Below, in pieces: positions 25,055-34,661 of a stretch of 64,000 nt of DNA (within the stretch, counting starts at the first letter, position 1; the number at the start of each line of letters is the position of its first letter). The stretch is from a virus. The notes below the pieces were generated by a model. The model searched no databases, had not been told where the DNA came from, and was given only the letters and a program-made list of their open reading frames with translations. The DNA lies in the IMG/VR virus record IMGVR_UViG_3300030497_000008, positions 32,001 to 96,000 of that record; one strand, given 5' to 3'. The translations under genes and the position numbers were made by a program.

Positions 25055-26494
25055 ATGACAGAATTGAAAAAAGAAGCAGAAGCTAAGAATAAAAAGCTTC
25101 CTGTCGAAGCAGAAGCAGAATTAGCAGAATTAGTGTCTAAGTCGTTTACGACTGGTTATGGCATTACACCTGATACACAGTTAGATGGAGCAGCAGTTCG
25201 TCGAGAACTATTAGAAGACCAAGTTAAAATGCTTGCATTCTCTAGCAACGACTTCACTATTTATCCGTTAATTAACAAACAACAAGTAAATAGTACAGTT
25301 GCTAAATACGCAGTATTCAACCAACATGGTCGTACTGGTCACAGCCGTTTCGTACGTGAGGTCGGAGTAGCTTCTATCAACGACCCTAACATCCGTCAAA
25401 AAACGGTTCAAATGAAGTTCTTATCTGACACTAAGCAACAATCACTTGCTGCTGGTTTAGTTAACAACATCGCAGACCCAATGACAATCTTAACGGAAGA
25501 TGCTATCGCGGTTATTGCGAAATCTATCGAGTGGGCTATTTTTTACGGTGACGCAGCATTATCATCTGAGGCTGATGGACAAGCAGGTATTGAGTTCGAT
25601 GGTTTACATAAACTGATTGACCAAGATACAAACGTAATCGACCTTAAAGGTGCTCGTTTAGACGAAGCTACTTTAAACAAAGCAGCAGTTATTGTAGGTA
25701 AAGGTTATGGTCGCGCTACTGATGCGTTTATGCCGATAGGGGTGCAAGCTGACTTTACGAATAATCTATTAGACCGTCAACGTGTAATTCAACCGTCAAC
25801 TGCTGGTGGATTCTCAACTGGTTTCTCTATTAACCAATTCTTATCTACTCGTGGTGCAATCAACTTACATGGTTCAACAATCATGGAGAATGATAACATC
25901 TTACTTGAAGGTCGTAACCCAGAGCCTAACGCTCCTCAAGCGCCAGCATCTGTAGTAGCTTCAATTGTGGATGACAAAAAAGGTGGATTCCGTGACGAGG
26001 ACATCAAAACTCATTCTTACAAAGTTGTAGTTCATTCTGATGATGCAGAGTCATTACCATCTGAGGCAGTTACAGCAGCAGTTGCGAAAAAAGACAACAC
26101 GGTTAAACTTGAAGTTAAACTAGCTTCTCTATACCAAGCGCAACCACAATTCATCTCTGTATACCGCGAAGGTACAGAAACAGGTCACTACTTCTTAATC
26201 GCTCGTGTTCCTGTATCAAAAGTAAATGACCAAGGTGTAATCGAAGTCCTTGACCGTAACCAAGTAATCCCTGAGACTACTGACGTATTCGTAGGTGAAT
26301 TAACTCCTAACGTTGTGAGTTTACTAGAGTTACTACCAATGATGAAATTACCATTGGCTCAAATGAACGCTACAACTACATTCACAGTTCTTTGGTACGG
26401 TGCATTAGCATTATACGCTCCGAAGAAATGGGTTCGTATCAAAAACGTTCAATACATCCCAGCTCTTGCAGCAGATGTTACAGTTAAATACTAA
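25055..26494 (+). CDS. major capsid protein
   Basis: KSFTTGYGITPDTQ..ALRRE-like N-terminus, AKSIEWAIFYGD, LWYGALALYAPKKWVRIKNV. Confidence 0.96.
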   Translation: MTELKKEAEAKNKKLPVEAEAELAELVSKSFTTGYGITPDTQLDGAAVRRELLEDQVKMLAFSSNDFTIYPLINKQQVNSTVAKYAVFNQHGRTGHSRFVREVGVASINDPNIRQKTVQMKFLSDTKQQSLAAGLVNNIADPMTILTEDAIAVIAKSIEWAIFYGDAALSSEADGQAGIEFDGLHKLIDQDTNVIDLKGARLDEATLNKAAVIVGKGYGRATDAFMPIGVQADFTNNLLDRQRVIQPSTAGGFSTGFSINQFLSTRGAINLHGSTIMENDNILLEGRNPEPNAPQAPASVVASIVDDKKGGFRDEDIKTHSYKVVVHSDDAESLPSEAVTAAVAKKDNTVKLEVKLASLYQAQPQFISVYREGTETGHYFLIARVPVSKVNDQGVIEVLDRNQVIPETTDVFVGELTPNVVSLLELLPMMKLPLAQMNATTTFTVLWYGALALYAPKKWVRIKNVQYIPALAADVTVKY

Positions 26495-26677
26495 TTCTAA
26501 GTCGTAAGGACATTCCGAGGGCTTCGCGCCCTCATACCTTAAATAGAGTATATCACAGGTTGTTATAGAATACAACGACATTAAAAATAAAGATATACTC
26601 CCGATAAACGATACAAACGAGGTTGCCGCACTCCCAGTAAGCGGTACAGTCTTTGACAACTAAATAGAAAACTGAAT

Positions 26678-26706
26678 AGGGGCAGAGAAAATATCTGCTC
26701 CTTTTT
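26678..26706 (+). terminator. intrinsic terminator after capsid
   Basis: GGGGCAGA/TCTGCTCC followed by TTTTT. Confidence 0.8.
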
Positions 26707-26741
26707 ATGTATATAAACCAAAATTTAAGGAGGATTTATTT

Positions 26742-26963
26742 ATGTTAATTGGAGAACGCGTAGCAGGTAAGGTAGTTGCCACAGTTTTAGGACAAGTTAC
26801 ATTTAATGAAAAAGGTGAAGCAGAAGGTTTGACTGATGAACAAGAACAGTCATTAGCACATATCGGTGGATTCACTTACATCGCTCCCGAAGTTAAAGAA
26901 GAGCCTAAACAAAAAGCAGCACCTAAATCCAAAGCAAAGCCAGCACCTAAAAAAGCGGAGTAG
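26742..26963 (+). CDS. small structural-region protein
   Basis: 73 aa, SD AAGGAGG, basic P/K/A tail. Confidence 0.75.
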   Translation: MLIGERVAGKVVATVLGQVTFNEKGEAEGLTDEQEQSLAHIGGFTYIAPEVKEEPKQKAAPKSKAKPAPKKAE

Positions 26964-26972
26964 GAGTGATGA

Positions 26973-27854
26973 GTGATGTATAACAATCCTATGCATCAAG
27001 ACGGGACTCAATACCAGCATAATAACGAAAAGTTAATCGATTTAGATAAAATCGAAGAGCTTACTCTAGCAGACTATGGGTTCACTGTAGACGCCGTTAA
27101 GATGAATCATTTCGGTATAGATGTTACAGACCCTAGAACGAAGCAACCTATGCCTGACGCCTTCTATGAGGCTTCTTTAGAGAAAGCTATTGCACAAGTA
27201 GAGAAGATGCTTGACATCGTAATATTACCTCGATATAACGGAGAGCATCATGACTACTACCGTAATGACTTTGAAAGTTTTATGTTTATCAGAACAAGAC
27301 AAAGACCCGTCCTACAAATGGAAAAAGTAACATTAGAATACGGTGGAGGCACAGTATTCAACTATCCTACGAAGTGGTGGAGAGTATATAAACTAGAAGG
27401 TCAACTGGAGATGTTGCCTACTTTAATGCTATCAGAGCAAGGACAAAGTTTAAATCTAGCACAGGTATACTCAGGTTACCCGATGATTGCAGGTATTCCT
27501 AATTTAGTCGGCAATAACTATGCACCGCAAATGTTCCACGTAGAGTATGTAGCAGGTATGCTCCCACCAAAACGTAGAGGGGTTTCAAGAGAGTACGAGA
27601 TGCCAGCAGACTTATGGACACTGGTTATCAAAGTAGCACTAAAAGAGATTCTACAACAATGGGGACGTTTAATCGTAGGTGCTGGTATTGCATCTATGAG
27701 CGTAAACATCGATGGTATTTCTCAAAGTATAGATACAACTCAGTCTGCTATGTATGGTGGAGCATCTGCCGATATCATGCAGCTAGACAGAGATATCGAA
27801 GACTTAGTTAGAGGATTAAAATCATTCTACGGAATTAACTTAGGAATCATTTAA
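26973..27854 (+). CDS. putative head-tail adaptor/neck protein
   Basis: Position; DGISQSIDTTQSAMYGGASA motif. Confidence 0.7.
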   Translation: MMYNNPMHQDGTQYQHNNEKLIDLDKIEELTLADYGFTVDAVKMNHFGIDVTDPRTKQPMPDAFYEASLEKAIAQVEKMLDIVILPRYNGEHHDYYRNDFESFMFIRTRQRPVLQMEKVTLEYGGGTVFNYPTKWWRVYKLEGQLEMLPTLMLSEQGQSLNLAQVYSGYPMIAGIPNLVGNNYAPQMFHVEYVAGMLPPKRRGVSREYEMPADLWTLVIKVALKEILQQWGRLIVGAGIASMSVNIDGISQSIDTTQSAMYGGASADIMQLDRDIEDLVRGLKSFYGINLGII

Positions 27855-27865
27855 GGAGGGTTTTT

Positions 27866-28651
27866 ATGGCAGAGAAACCAATGATACTGCAAAGCATTGC
27901 CCAAGCTACTCATAGGCTTCCTGACCTAGATAATCATATTGATAACTTCTCACAAAAAATACTGTGGGAAAAATCATACCTATGCCCTTGTCGTGATAAA
28001 GCTACAAGACAGCCTGACCAGACTTGCCCTATTTGTCACGGCAGAGGTATCGCCTTCTTACCAGCTCAAGAGATTGGCATCATGATTCAATCACAAGCTA
28101 AAGGGGCGATTAATGAGGATATAGGTATTATGGATACAGGTACAGCAATCGGAACACCTGACAGGTCACACCGTATTGCATTTAGGGATAGAATCACTGT
28201 AACGAATGCAATCATCTCGCAATCTATGATTTTTGATGTAACAGATAGAAGAATCAAGAATGGGTTCTATATGGTGTACGATGTGAAGAAAGTTGAACTA
28301 GCTATGTCTGTAGATGGTGAACTATTCGAGGGTTCTGACTTTAAAATCGATTACAAGAAGAATTTAATATACCCTAGTGAACACTTGAAGGGTATGAACA
28401 TTTCTCTTAACGTCGAAACTACTTTGCGATACTTAGTAGCAGACCTATTGAAAGAGCACCGATATGTACGTGATATGGATTACTCGCAGCATGACGCATA
28501 TCAAAAGCTATTACTAAAACGTGAGGACTTATTTATCGATAAAGAGGCATTCGAATCAGGAGTTAATGATAGAGATATCCAAGACATCTTTGATGCGAAG
28601 AAAGGTCTTAACACTAACGGTTACAACGGATTCTTTAAAGGTATGGGTTAA
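27866..28651 (+). CDS. putative head closure/neck protein
   Basis: WEKSYLCPC..CPICHGRG; position. Confidence 0.65.
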   Translation: MAEKPMILQSIAQATHRLPDLDNHIDNFSQKILWEKSYLCPCRDKATRQPDQTCPICHGRGIAFLPAQEIGIMIQSQAKGAINEDIGIMDTGTAIGTPDRSHRIAFRDRITVTNAIISQSMIFDVTDRRIKNGFYMVYDVKKVELAMSVDGELFEGSDFKIDYKKNLIYPSEHLKGMNISLNVETTLRYLVADLLKEHRYVRDMDYSQHDAYQKLLLKREDLFIDKEAFESGVNDRDIQDIFDAKKGLNTNGYNGFFKGMG

Positions 28652-29271
28652 TGGCTAAGAAACGTCCTAAGATATTCCAAAGCGAAGCCAACATGAAGAA
28701 GGCTATGAATAATCTAGGAAATAATCTTGTCAATAATGCTCTTGATGAAACTGCTAAATCTTTAGCACGTAACCTGCCTGATGGTATGGAACTCAAGAGA
28801 AAACCTAAATATCTAGAGCTTACAGAGAACCGTTTAAATAGTTTAGGAGTTATCGACCTTAAGCCTTATTTCGCACGTAGTAGTAAACGTAAGAACCGAA
28901 AAGGTGGAGGATGGTATTTAACCGTCCCTATACGCCGCAGAGCGCGTGGTATGTCTCGTAGGATGTACGAGCAGTTGAGAGCGATAGATATAGCTCCTAG
29001 CCAACGTAAGACTGTTATATCTGATTACATGTACGACAACAGAAAAACATCTGATGCATCCATGCTGAACTACACGCCACGCTCTAATAATATTACGAAA
29101 ATACGTTCTGGTACGAATCGACATGACTACATCGCATTCCGTACCGTATCAGATAAGTCACCTGCGAATAGTTGGATTATCAATCGTGATAGAGTAACCG
29201 TTAGTAATACATCAAAAACATTCGTTGCCAATGTAAATAGACTTATGAAATACAATATGAAAAATCAATAG
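28651..29271 (+). CDS. putative neck/tail completion protein (basic)
   Basis: GGWYLTVPIRR, FRTVSDKSPANSWI; position. Confidence 0.6.
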   Translation: MAKKRPKIFQSEANMKKAMNNLGNNLVNNALDETAKSLARNLPDGMELKRKPKYLELTENRLNSLGVIDLKPYFARSSKRKNRKGGGWYLTVPIRRRARGMSRRMYEQLRAIDIAPSQRKTVISDYMYDNRKTSDASMLNYTPRSNNITKIRSGTNRHDYIAFRTVSDKSPANSWIINRDRVTVSNTSKTFVANVNRLMKYNMKNQ

Positions 29272-29286
29272 GAGGAGGGTTGAGAG

Positions 29287-30165
29287 ATGCTATCTAGTAT
29301 CGATACATATATTTATACGCAAGTTGAACAGACATTAGGAATTTTATTGTCGAACCGCTATATTATAGAGGAACTATTAAAGGAAGTACAGCCTAATGTT
29401 CGTGAGTCTTTTATAAAAGCATATGTGTACGATGAGAGGTATAATCCAGTTCCAAGGGAAATCCCAATCGTATATACTATGCCGCAGGACAAGCAGCACT
29501 TACAAGGGGCAATCTATATCGGTTTACGCGAAGGAGAAGAAACAAATCCTAGTATCGGAAACCTAGAAAGTACATATCCTAGCCCATCACTTGGACTAAT
29601 CCGCGAAGTAGCCGATGTACAAGTAGATGCGCTATCAAATCGAATGTATTTTGAATTAGAAAAGCCAGTTGCTTCTCTGTCATCTGTAGAAGGTATCACC
29701 TTCTCTAATAAAGATAATATCACTTACGAGGGTAATAGAATCTACTTCAAGTATAGTCCAGACCTCGAAGGATTAGGTGGTTTTGTAGTTTGGTACGAGG
29801 AACTATCAACCAAGGAGTCTCGTAAAGGAGAGTTTGGTGTTAGGTCTGGTTTTACTACTACAGAATACTACTCAATCTTGGTCTTGTCAACCAATATGAA
29901 TACCGTTAGATGTTTAGACCTTCTTTTAAAAGCCGTTCTTATCTATATGAGAAGTACAGCCGAGGAACAAACAAACAATCTTTTACAAGGTATCAAGTTT
30001 GGTCAAATTGAGGAAGTAAATACAAACACAGGTGAAGAAACTCCAGAGATTCTATATGGGAGAGAGACACTTGTTAAATACGTCACTTCTTATAGCTTAG
30101 ACGTTCCAATCGAAAATAGCATTAAGGAGTTAGTCCTAAAGGCAAAACTAGATGTTGAAAGTTAG
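29287..30165 (+). CDS. putative tail terminator protein
   Basis: Position upstream of sheath; 292 aa. Confidence 0.6.
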   Translation: MLSSIDTYIYTQVEQTLGILLSNRYIIEELLKEVQPNVRESFIKAYVYDERYNPVPREIPIVYTMPQDKQHLQGAIYIGLREGEETNPSIGNLESTYPSPSLGLIREVADVQVDALSNRMYFELEKPVASLSSVEGITFSNKDNITYEGNRIYFKYSPDLEGLGGFVVWYEELSTKESRKGEFGVRSGFTTTEYYSILVLSTNMNTVRCLDLLLKAVLIYMRSTAEEQTNNLLQGIKFGQIEEVNTNTGEETPEILYGRETLVKYVTSYSLDVPIENSIKELVLKAKLDVES

Positions 30166-30177
30166 GAGGAAGCTAAC

Positions 30178-30390
30178 ATGGCAGAGAAACAAGCCACAAA
30201 GAAAGAAGTACAAGCCGAGCCATTAAAACCTTACGTACATATCGATAAGTTTTTAAACTCTGTAAAACTAGTGTACGAGCTGTCGGATGTAGAGTTAGCA
30301 GGATTCAAAGCGCTAATGGCAGGGCAGCATTACCAAAGAGATGAAGAGATTTTCTTAGAAGCTCTTAAAAAGCATTTCAATTTAAAATAA
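30178..30390 (+). CDS. small structural-region protein
   Basis: 70 aa; PYVHIDKFL..GFKALM. Confidence 0.7.
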   Translation: MAEKQATKKEVQAEPLKPYVHIDKFLNSVKLVYELSDVELAGFKALMAGQHYQRDEEIFLEALKKHFNLK

Positions 30391-30415
30391 CCAATTAGAA
30401 AGGAAGATTACATAT

Positions 30416-32128
30416 ATGGCAGTTTCATATGGTTTCAATAGAAAACGTCCACGTACCGAAGTTACATTGGACTCAACAGCTTTAGGTTCTGCAAATGTTC
30501 GTAGTGAAAAACCGTTAATTTTAATCGGTTCTGCTACAGGCGGAGAACCAAACAAAGTAGAAGTAGTAACAAACTTATCACAAGCACGAAACATCTTCCG
30601 TGGCGGAGAACTAGTAGATGCTATCGAGATGGCTTGGAATCCATCAGTCAACTTAGGCGGAGCAGGTAAAATCTATGCTGTTCGTTCTGATGAAGCAACA
30701 CAAGCAAAACTAGTGAAAGATGGTTACACATTCACATCTAAGCTTTACGGTGCAGATGCAAACGGTATCCAAATCTCATTAGAGGACAACACAATCACAA
30801 AGTCTAAACGTTTCAACGTCTACTTCACAAGAGAGCGTTACGAGCAGACTTACGATAACATCGGTAACATCTTTGCAGTTCAATACACAGGTTCTCTAGC
30901 TTATGCATCTATCGAAGTAAAAGTAGATACTCAAACTAAAGAAGCTAAAACGCTTGAACTAAAAGCTGGTGCTGATAAAGAAACAGCGGCTGTAGTTCGT
31001 ACATACGAGTTAGGTGAAGGTTTCTATCAAGACGTTAACGTACTAGTAAACGATATTAATAACCTACCAGATTTCAAAGCAGTAATGAACTCTTTAGGTG
31101 GTTACAAAAATGTCTCTACTAACTACTTAGACGCTTTAGCTGCAACACCACTTGCGAAAGATAAGGACGTAACAGTAACAGCAGTATCAGCAGACTTAGC
31201 GTTAACACTTGCTAATGACCGATACGTATCTTTAGACATCGACTTAACAAAACCAGCTCCAGCTACTATCCCTGTAACAAGTCTTGCTGGTGCAGAGACA
31301 AAAGCTCCACCTGCTTCATGGGCTAAGTTGTTCGCATCTGTAGCAGACTCTGGTGGATACTACGTTGTTCCATTAACAGCAAATGAAGTTATCCATGCTG
31401 AGTTAGGTCACTTCTTACGTTCTGAATCAAGCGCAGGTAACCAACTACGAGGATTCGTTGGTGGAGGTATTGAGGAATCATTTGACGCGTTACGTGCTCG
31501 TCAAGCAGCGATTCGAAACCCACGTGTAGCTTTAGTCGGTGACTCTGTAACACGTCGTATGGCGGATGGTCGCGTATACAAAGCTCCAGCTTACATGTAC
31601 GCAGCTCAAGTAGCAGGTCTAGCATCTGGACTACAAATCGGAGTTCCAATGACATACAAGAAAATGAACATCGATGCATTAAACCTTAAGTTCTCTGACG
31701 ACCAATTAGACCAATTAGATTCTACAGGCGTAATCATGACGTTCTACCGCAGAAATCGTGATGAGTCTACGTTCCGAATTGCGTCTGACCCAACAACTTA
31801 CAACAACGTTGAGGATATCGTTCAGAACCGTATGTCTCTTGGTGAAACATCTGACTTCTTGACAACAGACTTACGTACAGTCCTTGATGAAGAGTTCATT
31901 GGTACTCGTATCAAGAACACATCAGCATCAATCATCAAGAACCGTGTTGAGTCATTCCTAGACGTTCAAAAAGGCGTAGACGGATTAATCGTAGACTACA
32001 ACCCAGAAGACATCCAAGTTGTCATCGACGGTAATACTGCAATCATCAACATCGTAGTACAACCATCTCGTGGATTGGATTACATCAACGTATTCCTTTC
32101 TTACAAAGATAACAAAATGTCTGCATAA
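30416..32128 (+). CDS. tail sheath protein
   Basis: RKRPRTEV, IFRGGELVDAIEMAWNP, EFIGTRI..SASIIKN motifs. Confidence 0.93.
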   Translation: MAVSYGFNRKRPRTEVTLDSTALGSANVRSEKPLILIGSATGGEPNKVEVVTNLSQARNIFRGGELVDAIEMAWNPSVNLGGAGKIYAVRSDEATQAKLVKDGYTFTSKLYGADANGIQISLEDNTITKSKRFNVYFTRERYEQTYDNIGNIFAVQYTGSLAYASIEVKVDTQTKEAKTLELKAGADKETAAVVRTYELGEGFYQDVNVLVNDINNLPDFKAVMNSLGGYKNVSTNYLDALAATPLAKDKDVTVTAVSADLALTLANDRYVSLDIDLTKPAPATIPVTSLAGAETKAPPASWAKLFASVADSGGYYVVPLTANEVIHAELGHFLRSESSAGNQLRGFVGGGIEESFDALRARQAAIRNPRVALVGDSVTRRMADGRVYKAPAYMYAAQVAGLASGLQIGVPMTYKKMNIDALNLKFSDDQLDQLDSTGVIMTFYRRNRDESTFRIASDPTTYNNVEDIVQNRMSLGETSDFLTTDLRTVLDEEFIGTRIKNTSASIIKNRVESFLDVQKGVDGLIVDYNPEDIQVVIDGNTAIINIVVQPSRGLDYINVFLSYKDNKMSA

Positions 32129-32178
32129 TCAGAGAGGGTTCGCCCTCTCTACCATAATAAAATAGGAGTGATTGATAT

Positions 32179-32607
32179 ATGGCAAGTTTAGCTAACCAAA
32201 CAGTCCAATCAGCAAATACCGTATATTTCATGATTAAAAACGTTCCGATTGCTCGTGCTCAGTCTATCAGTTCAGAGCGTTCATTCGGTACTCAAGGTGT
32301 TTACGAGATTGGTTCTATCATGCCAAAAGAGCACGTTTACTTACGTTACGAAGGTACTGTTACGGTAGAACGTTTCCGTATGCGTAAAGAAAACTTAGCA
32401 GCTTTAGGCTTCGCGGCTTTAGGTGAAGAAGTACTACAAATGGATATCATGGACATCGTACTATACGACAACATCACATCCGAAGTAGTTATCGCTTACC
32501 GTGGATGCTCAATCGATACATACAGTGAATCTGTATCTGTTGGTGAAATCAGTTCAGAGTCTGCTCGATTCTACTTCTTGACATCAGCAAACGTTCGTTC
32601 TGCATAA
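32179..32607 (+). CDS. tail tube protein
   Basis: ERSFGTQGVYEIGSIMPKEHVYLRYEG; follows sheath. Confidence 0.92.
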   Translation: MASLANQTVQSANTVYFMIKNVPIARAQSISSERSFGTQGVYEIGSIMPKEHVYLRYEGTVTVERFRMRKENLAALGFAALGEEVLQMDIMDIVLYDNITSEVVIAYRGCSIDTYSESVSVGEISSESARFYFLTSANVRSA

Positions 32608-32610
32608 TTA

Positions 32611-32640
32611 GGAGACTATTAATTTAGTCTCTTTTTTATT
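32611..32640 (+). terminator. intrinsic terminator
   Basis: GAGACTA/TAGTCTC followed by TTTTTT. Confidence 0.8.
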
Positions 32641-32680
32641 TACAGAATGTTTTCACAATTCACTCTTCCATTTCGTTATA

Positions 32681-32708
32681 TTTACACAACTATTACAATT
32701 CCTTTACA
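32681..32708 (+). promoter_or_regulatory. WalR/PhoP-type direct-repeat boxes
   Basis: TTTACA-N5-ATTACA-N5-TTTACA (minus strand TGTAAA-N5-TGTAAT-N5-TGTAAA). Confidence 0.6.
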
Positions 32709-32783
32709 AAAAGGAAAACTACTAGTATATGTGTTACATTAGAATAGAATACATAAAAAACTTGGAGAAGGAGTCATGATATT

Positions 32784-33446
32784 ATGAAAACATTAAGGAC
32801 ATTAGCCGCTACATTGGTAGTCGGTGCAGGAGTACTATTAGCAGGAGGTCACGATGCAAAAGCTGAGGAAGTAAGTGTAGTAGATTATCTATACCAGAAG
32901 GGTGAGAATCACTCGTTTGATAGTCGAGCACAGTTAGCAGCAGATTACGGTATTCAGAATTATGTAGGTTCTGAACAACAAAATATTAACCTATTAACGT
33001 TACTGAAAGGTGACATGGGTGAAGTATCTCCTAGAGCAGAGCAAGCAGCTAGAGATAATGTACAAGCTGCAAATAAGCAACCACAACCTAAGGCTCAAGC
33101 TGCACCTAAACAAGAGGTACAAAAAGCAAAACCACAAGGTAAAACAATTACAGTGGTCGCAACAGCTTATACAGCAGACCCAGCAGAGAATGGTGGTACA
33201 TACGGTGGAGTAGTTAAAACAGCAACAGGATTTAATTTAACAGCAAATCCTAGCGCAAAAGTAATCGCAGTTGACCCACGAGTAATTCCATTAGGTTCTA
33301 AAGTATATGTAGAAGGTTACGGAGAGGCAATGGCACTAGATACTGGTGGCGCAATCAAAGGTAACCGCATCGATGTATTAATGCCAAACAACAAAGTATC
33401 GAATGACTGGGGACGAAAAACAGTTAACGTTACAATCTTAAACTAG
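32784..33446 (+). CDS. secreted 3D-domain (YocH-like) cell-wall protein
   Basis: Signal peptide ending AKA; VVATAYT, IAVDPRVIPLGSKVYVEGYG, DTGGAIKGNRIDV. Confidence 0.92.
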   Translation: MKTLRTLAATLVVGAGVLLAGGHDAKAEEVSVVDYLYQKGENHSFDSRAQLAADYGIQNYVGSEQQNINLLTLLKGDMGEVSPRAEQAARDNVQAANKQPQPKAQAAPKQEVQKAKPQGKTITVVATAYTADPAENGGTYGGVVKTATGFNLTANPSAKVIAVDPRVIPLGSKVYVEGYGEAMALDTGGAIKGNRIDVLMPNNKVSNDWGRKTVNVTILN

Positions 33447-33453
33447 TACATAA

Positions 33454-33484
33454 AGGCTGCCCGAAAAATGGGTAGTCTTTTTTC
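33454..33484 (+). terminator. intrinsic terminator
   Basis: GGCTGCCC/GGGTAGTC followed by a T-run. Confidence 0.75.
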
Positions 33485-33547
33485 TATGTTATAATTAAAT
33501 TATGAGACAAGTGTTATATTATTAATAGAAAACTAGGAGGTAATAAA

Positions 33548-33979
33548 ATGAATTTAGACCCAAATACAGTGCAAAGTGAGATTGCTCATTTACAAGAGCA
33601 GCCGACAAGAGAGGAAAGAGAAGCGCAAGAACAGCAAGAAAAGCGTGATATCATTGATAGAATTATCCGTGGTAAGAACGATGTGTTTATCAAAACATAT
33701 GATTTACCAGACTATGACTTACACTTCACAATTAAAATTAAAGCACCTAACGCAATCGAAGTAGGTCGTATCCAAGCGATGACATCTGGTTACTTAGGAG
33801 GCATGAATACATATCAATCACAATATTTCTTAACAGTGTTCCAAACATTAGCTGCGATTCGCATATGCGGACAAGATATCCCAGACTACCTTAAAAATGA
33901 TGAAGAGATTTATAACCTAGAGGTACTTTACGAGATTGGGGTTGATTATGCTAAATGGCTAAATTCATTTCGCAGATAG
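33548..33979 (+). CDS. tail assembly chaperone (gpG-like)
   Basis: Between tube and tape measure; late motif at 33512-33521. Confidence 0.75.
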   Translation: MNLDPNTVQSEIAHLQEQPTREEREAQEQQEKRDIIDRIIRGKNDVFIKTYDLPDYDLHFTIKIKAPNAIEVGRIQAMTSGYLGGMNTYQSQYFLTVFQTLAAIRICGQDIPDYLKNDEEIYNLEVLYEIGVDYAKWLNSFRR

Positions 33980-34607
33980 TATTCAGAAACACGGAGGGCT
34001 AAAACAATTAGCACGTGTTCCTTATATGCGAAATCTGTGGGCGCTGCTTACAAAGTTCGAGACACTACCAACTGATGAGAGCTTTAGGCAACTATCTGAT
34101 TTACAGGTAGATTTAATGCTTTACTCTATGACAGAAGATGCACGTGAAATCGAACGAGCAAGACGCGGAGTTACTGGTGAAGAAGACCATTACGATTCAT
34201 CATTCGAAGACGAAGTATGGAACAAACCTGTCGGTGAATGGGAAGTACTTAAAGACGGTCACGACCCTAACGAGATTGCTAGACAAGTTGAAGCTCTTAC
34301 TGCCGAGAAAGATAGAAAAGACCTTGCAGGTCGATTCGACGGACTTGAGGACTACAACGAGCATATCGAAAATGGCGGCATGACTAGTCGTGAGTCGGAA
34401 GTATCTGCACACATCGCTAGACAGCTTGCAAAAGCCGAAGAGCGAGCGAAAGAACTTACTGAGGGCAAACCATCTGGTAAACGATTTATCGATGATACGG
34501 AGCTTGCTGGTGAGTCTGACGAGGGATACAATCCACTTAATAAAGCTGCGATGGATAAAGCAATCGCAATGTTCGAAGATGAGGATGATGAGTTTACAAT
34601 GCTTTAG
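33966..34607 (+). CDS. tail assembly chaperone C-terminal extension (gpT-like; probable +1 frameshift product)
   Basis: +1 frame open from 33963, overlapping TCA TTT CGC AGA TAG; ATG 34026 lacks a well-spaced SD. Confidence 0.65.
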   Translation, partial: HFADSIQKHGGLKQLARVPYMRNLWALLTKFETLPTDESFRQLSDLQVDLMLYSMTEDAREIERARRGVTGEEDHYDSSFEDEVWNKPVGEWEVLKDGHDPNEIARQVEALTAEKDRKDLAGRFDGLEDYNEHIENGGMTSRESEVSAHIARQLAKAEERAKELTEGKPSGKRFIDDTELAGESDEGYNPLNKAAMDKAIAMFEDEDDEFTML

Positions 34608-34661
34608 GGGTAGGGGCGCAAGCTTCCTGCCTTATTTTAAATAAAAGGAAGGTGAAAAAGT

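Noticed and set aside
26480-26546. Simple readthrough or +/-1 frameshift extension of the capsid protein
   Set aside because: Double in-frame stop (TAA TTC TAA) and stops in the +1 frame at 26505 and 26544 block access to the downstream frame
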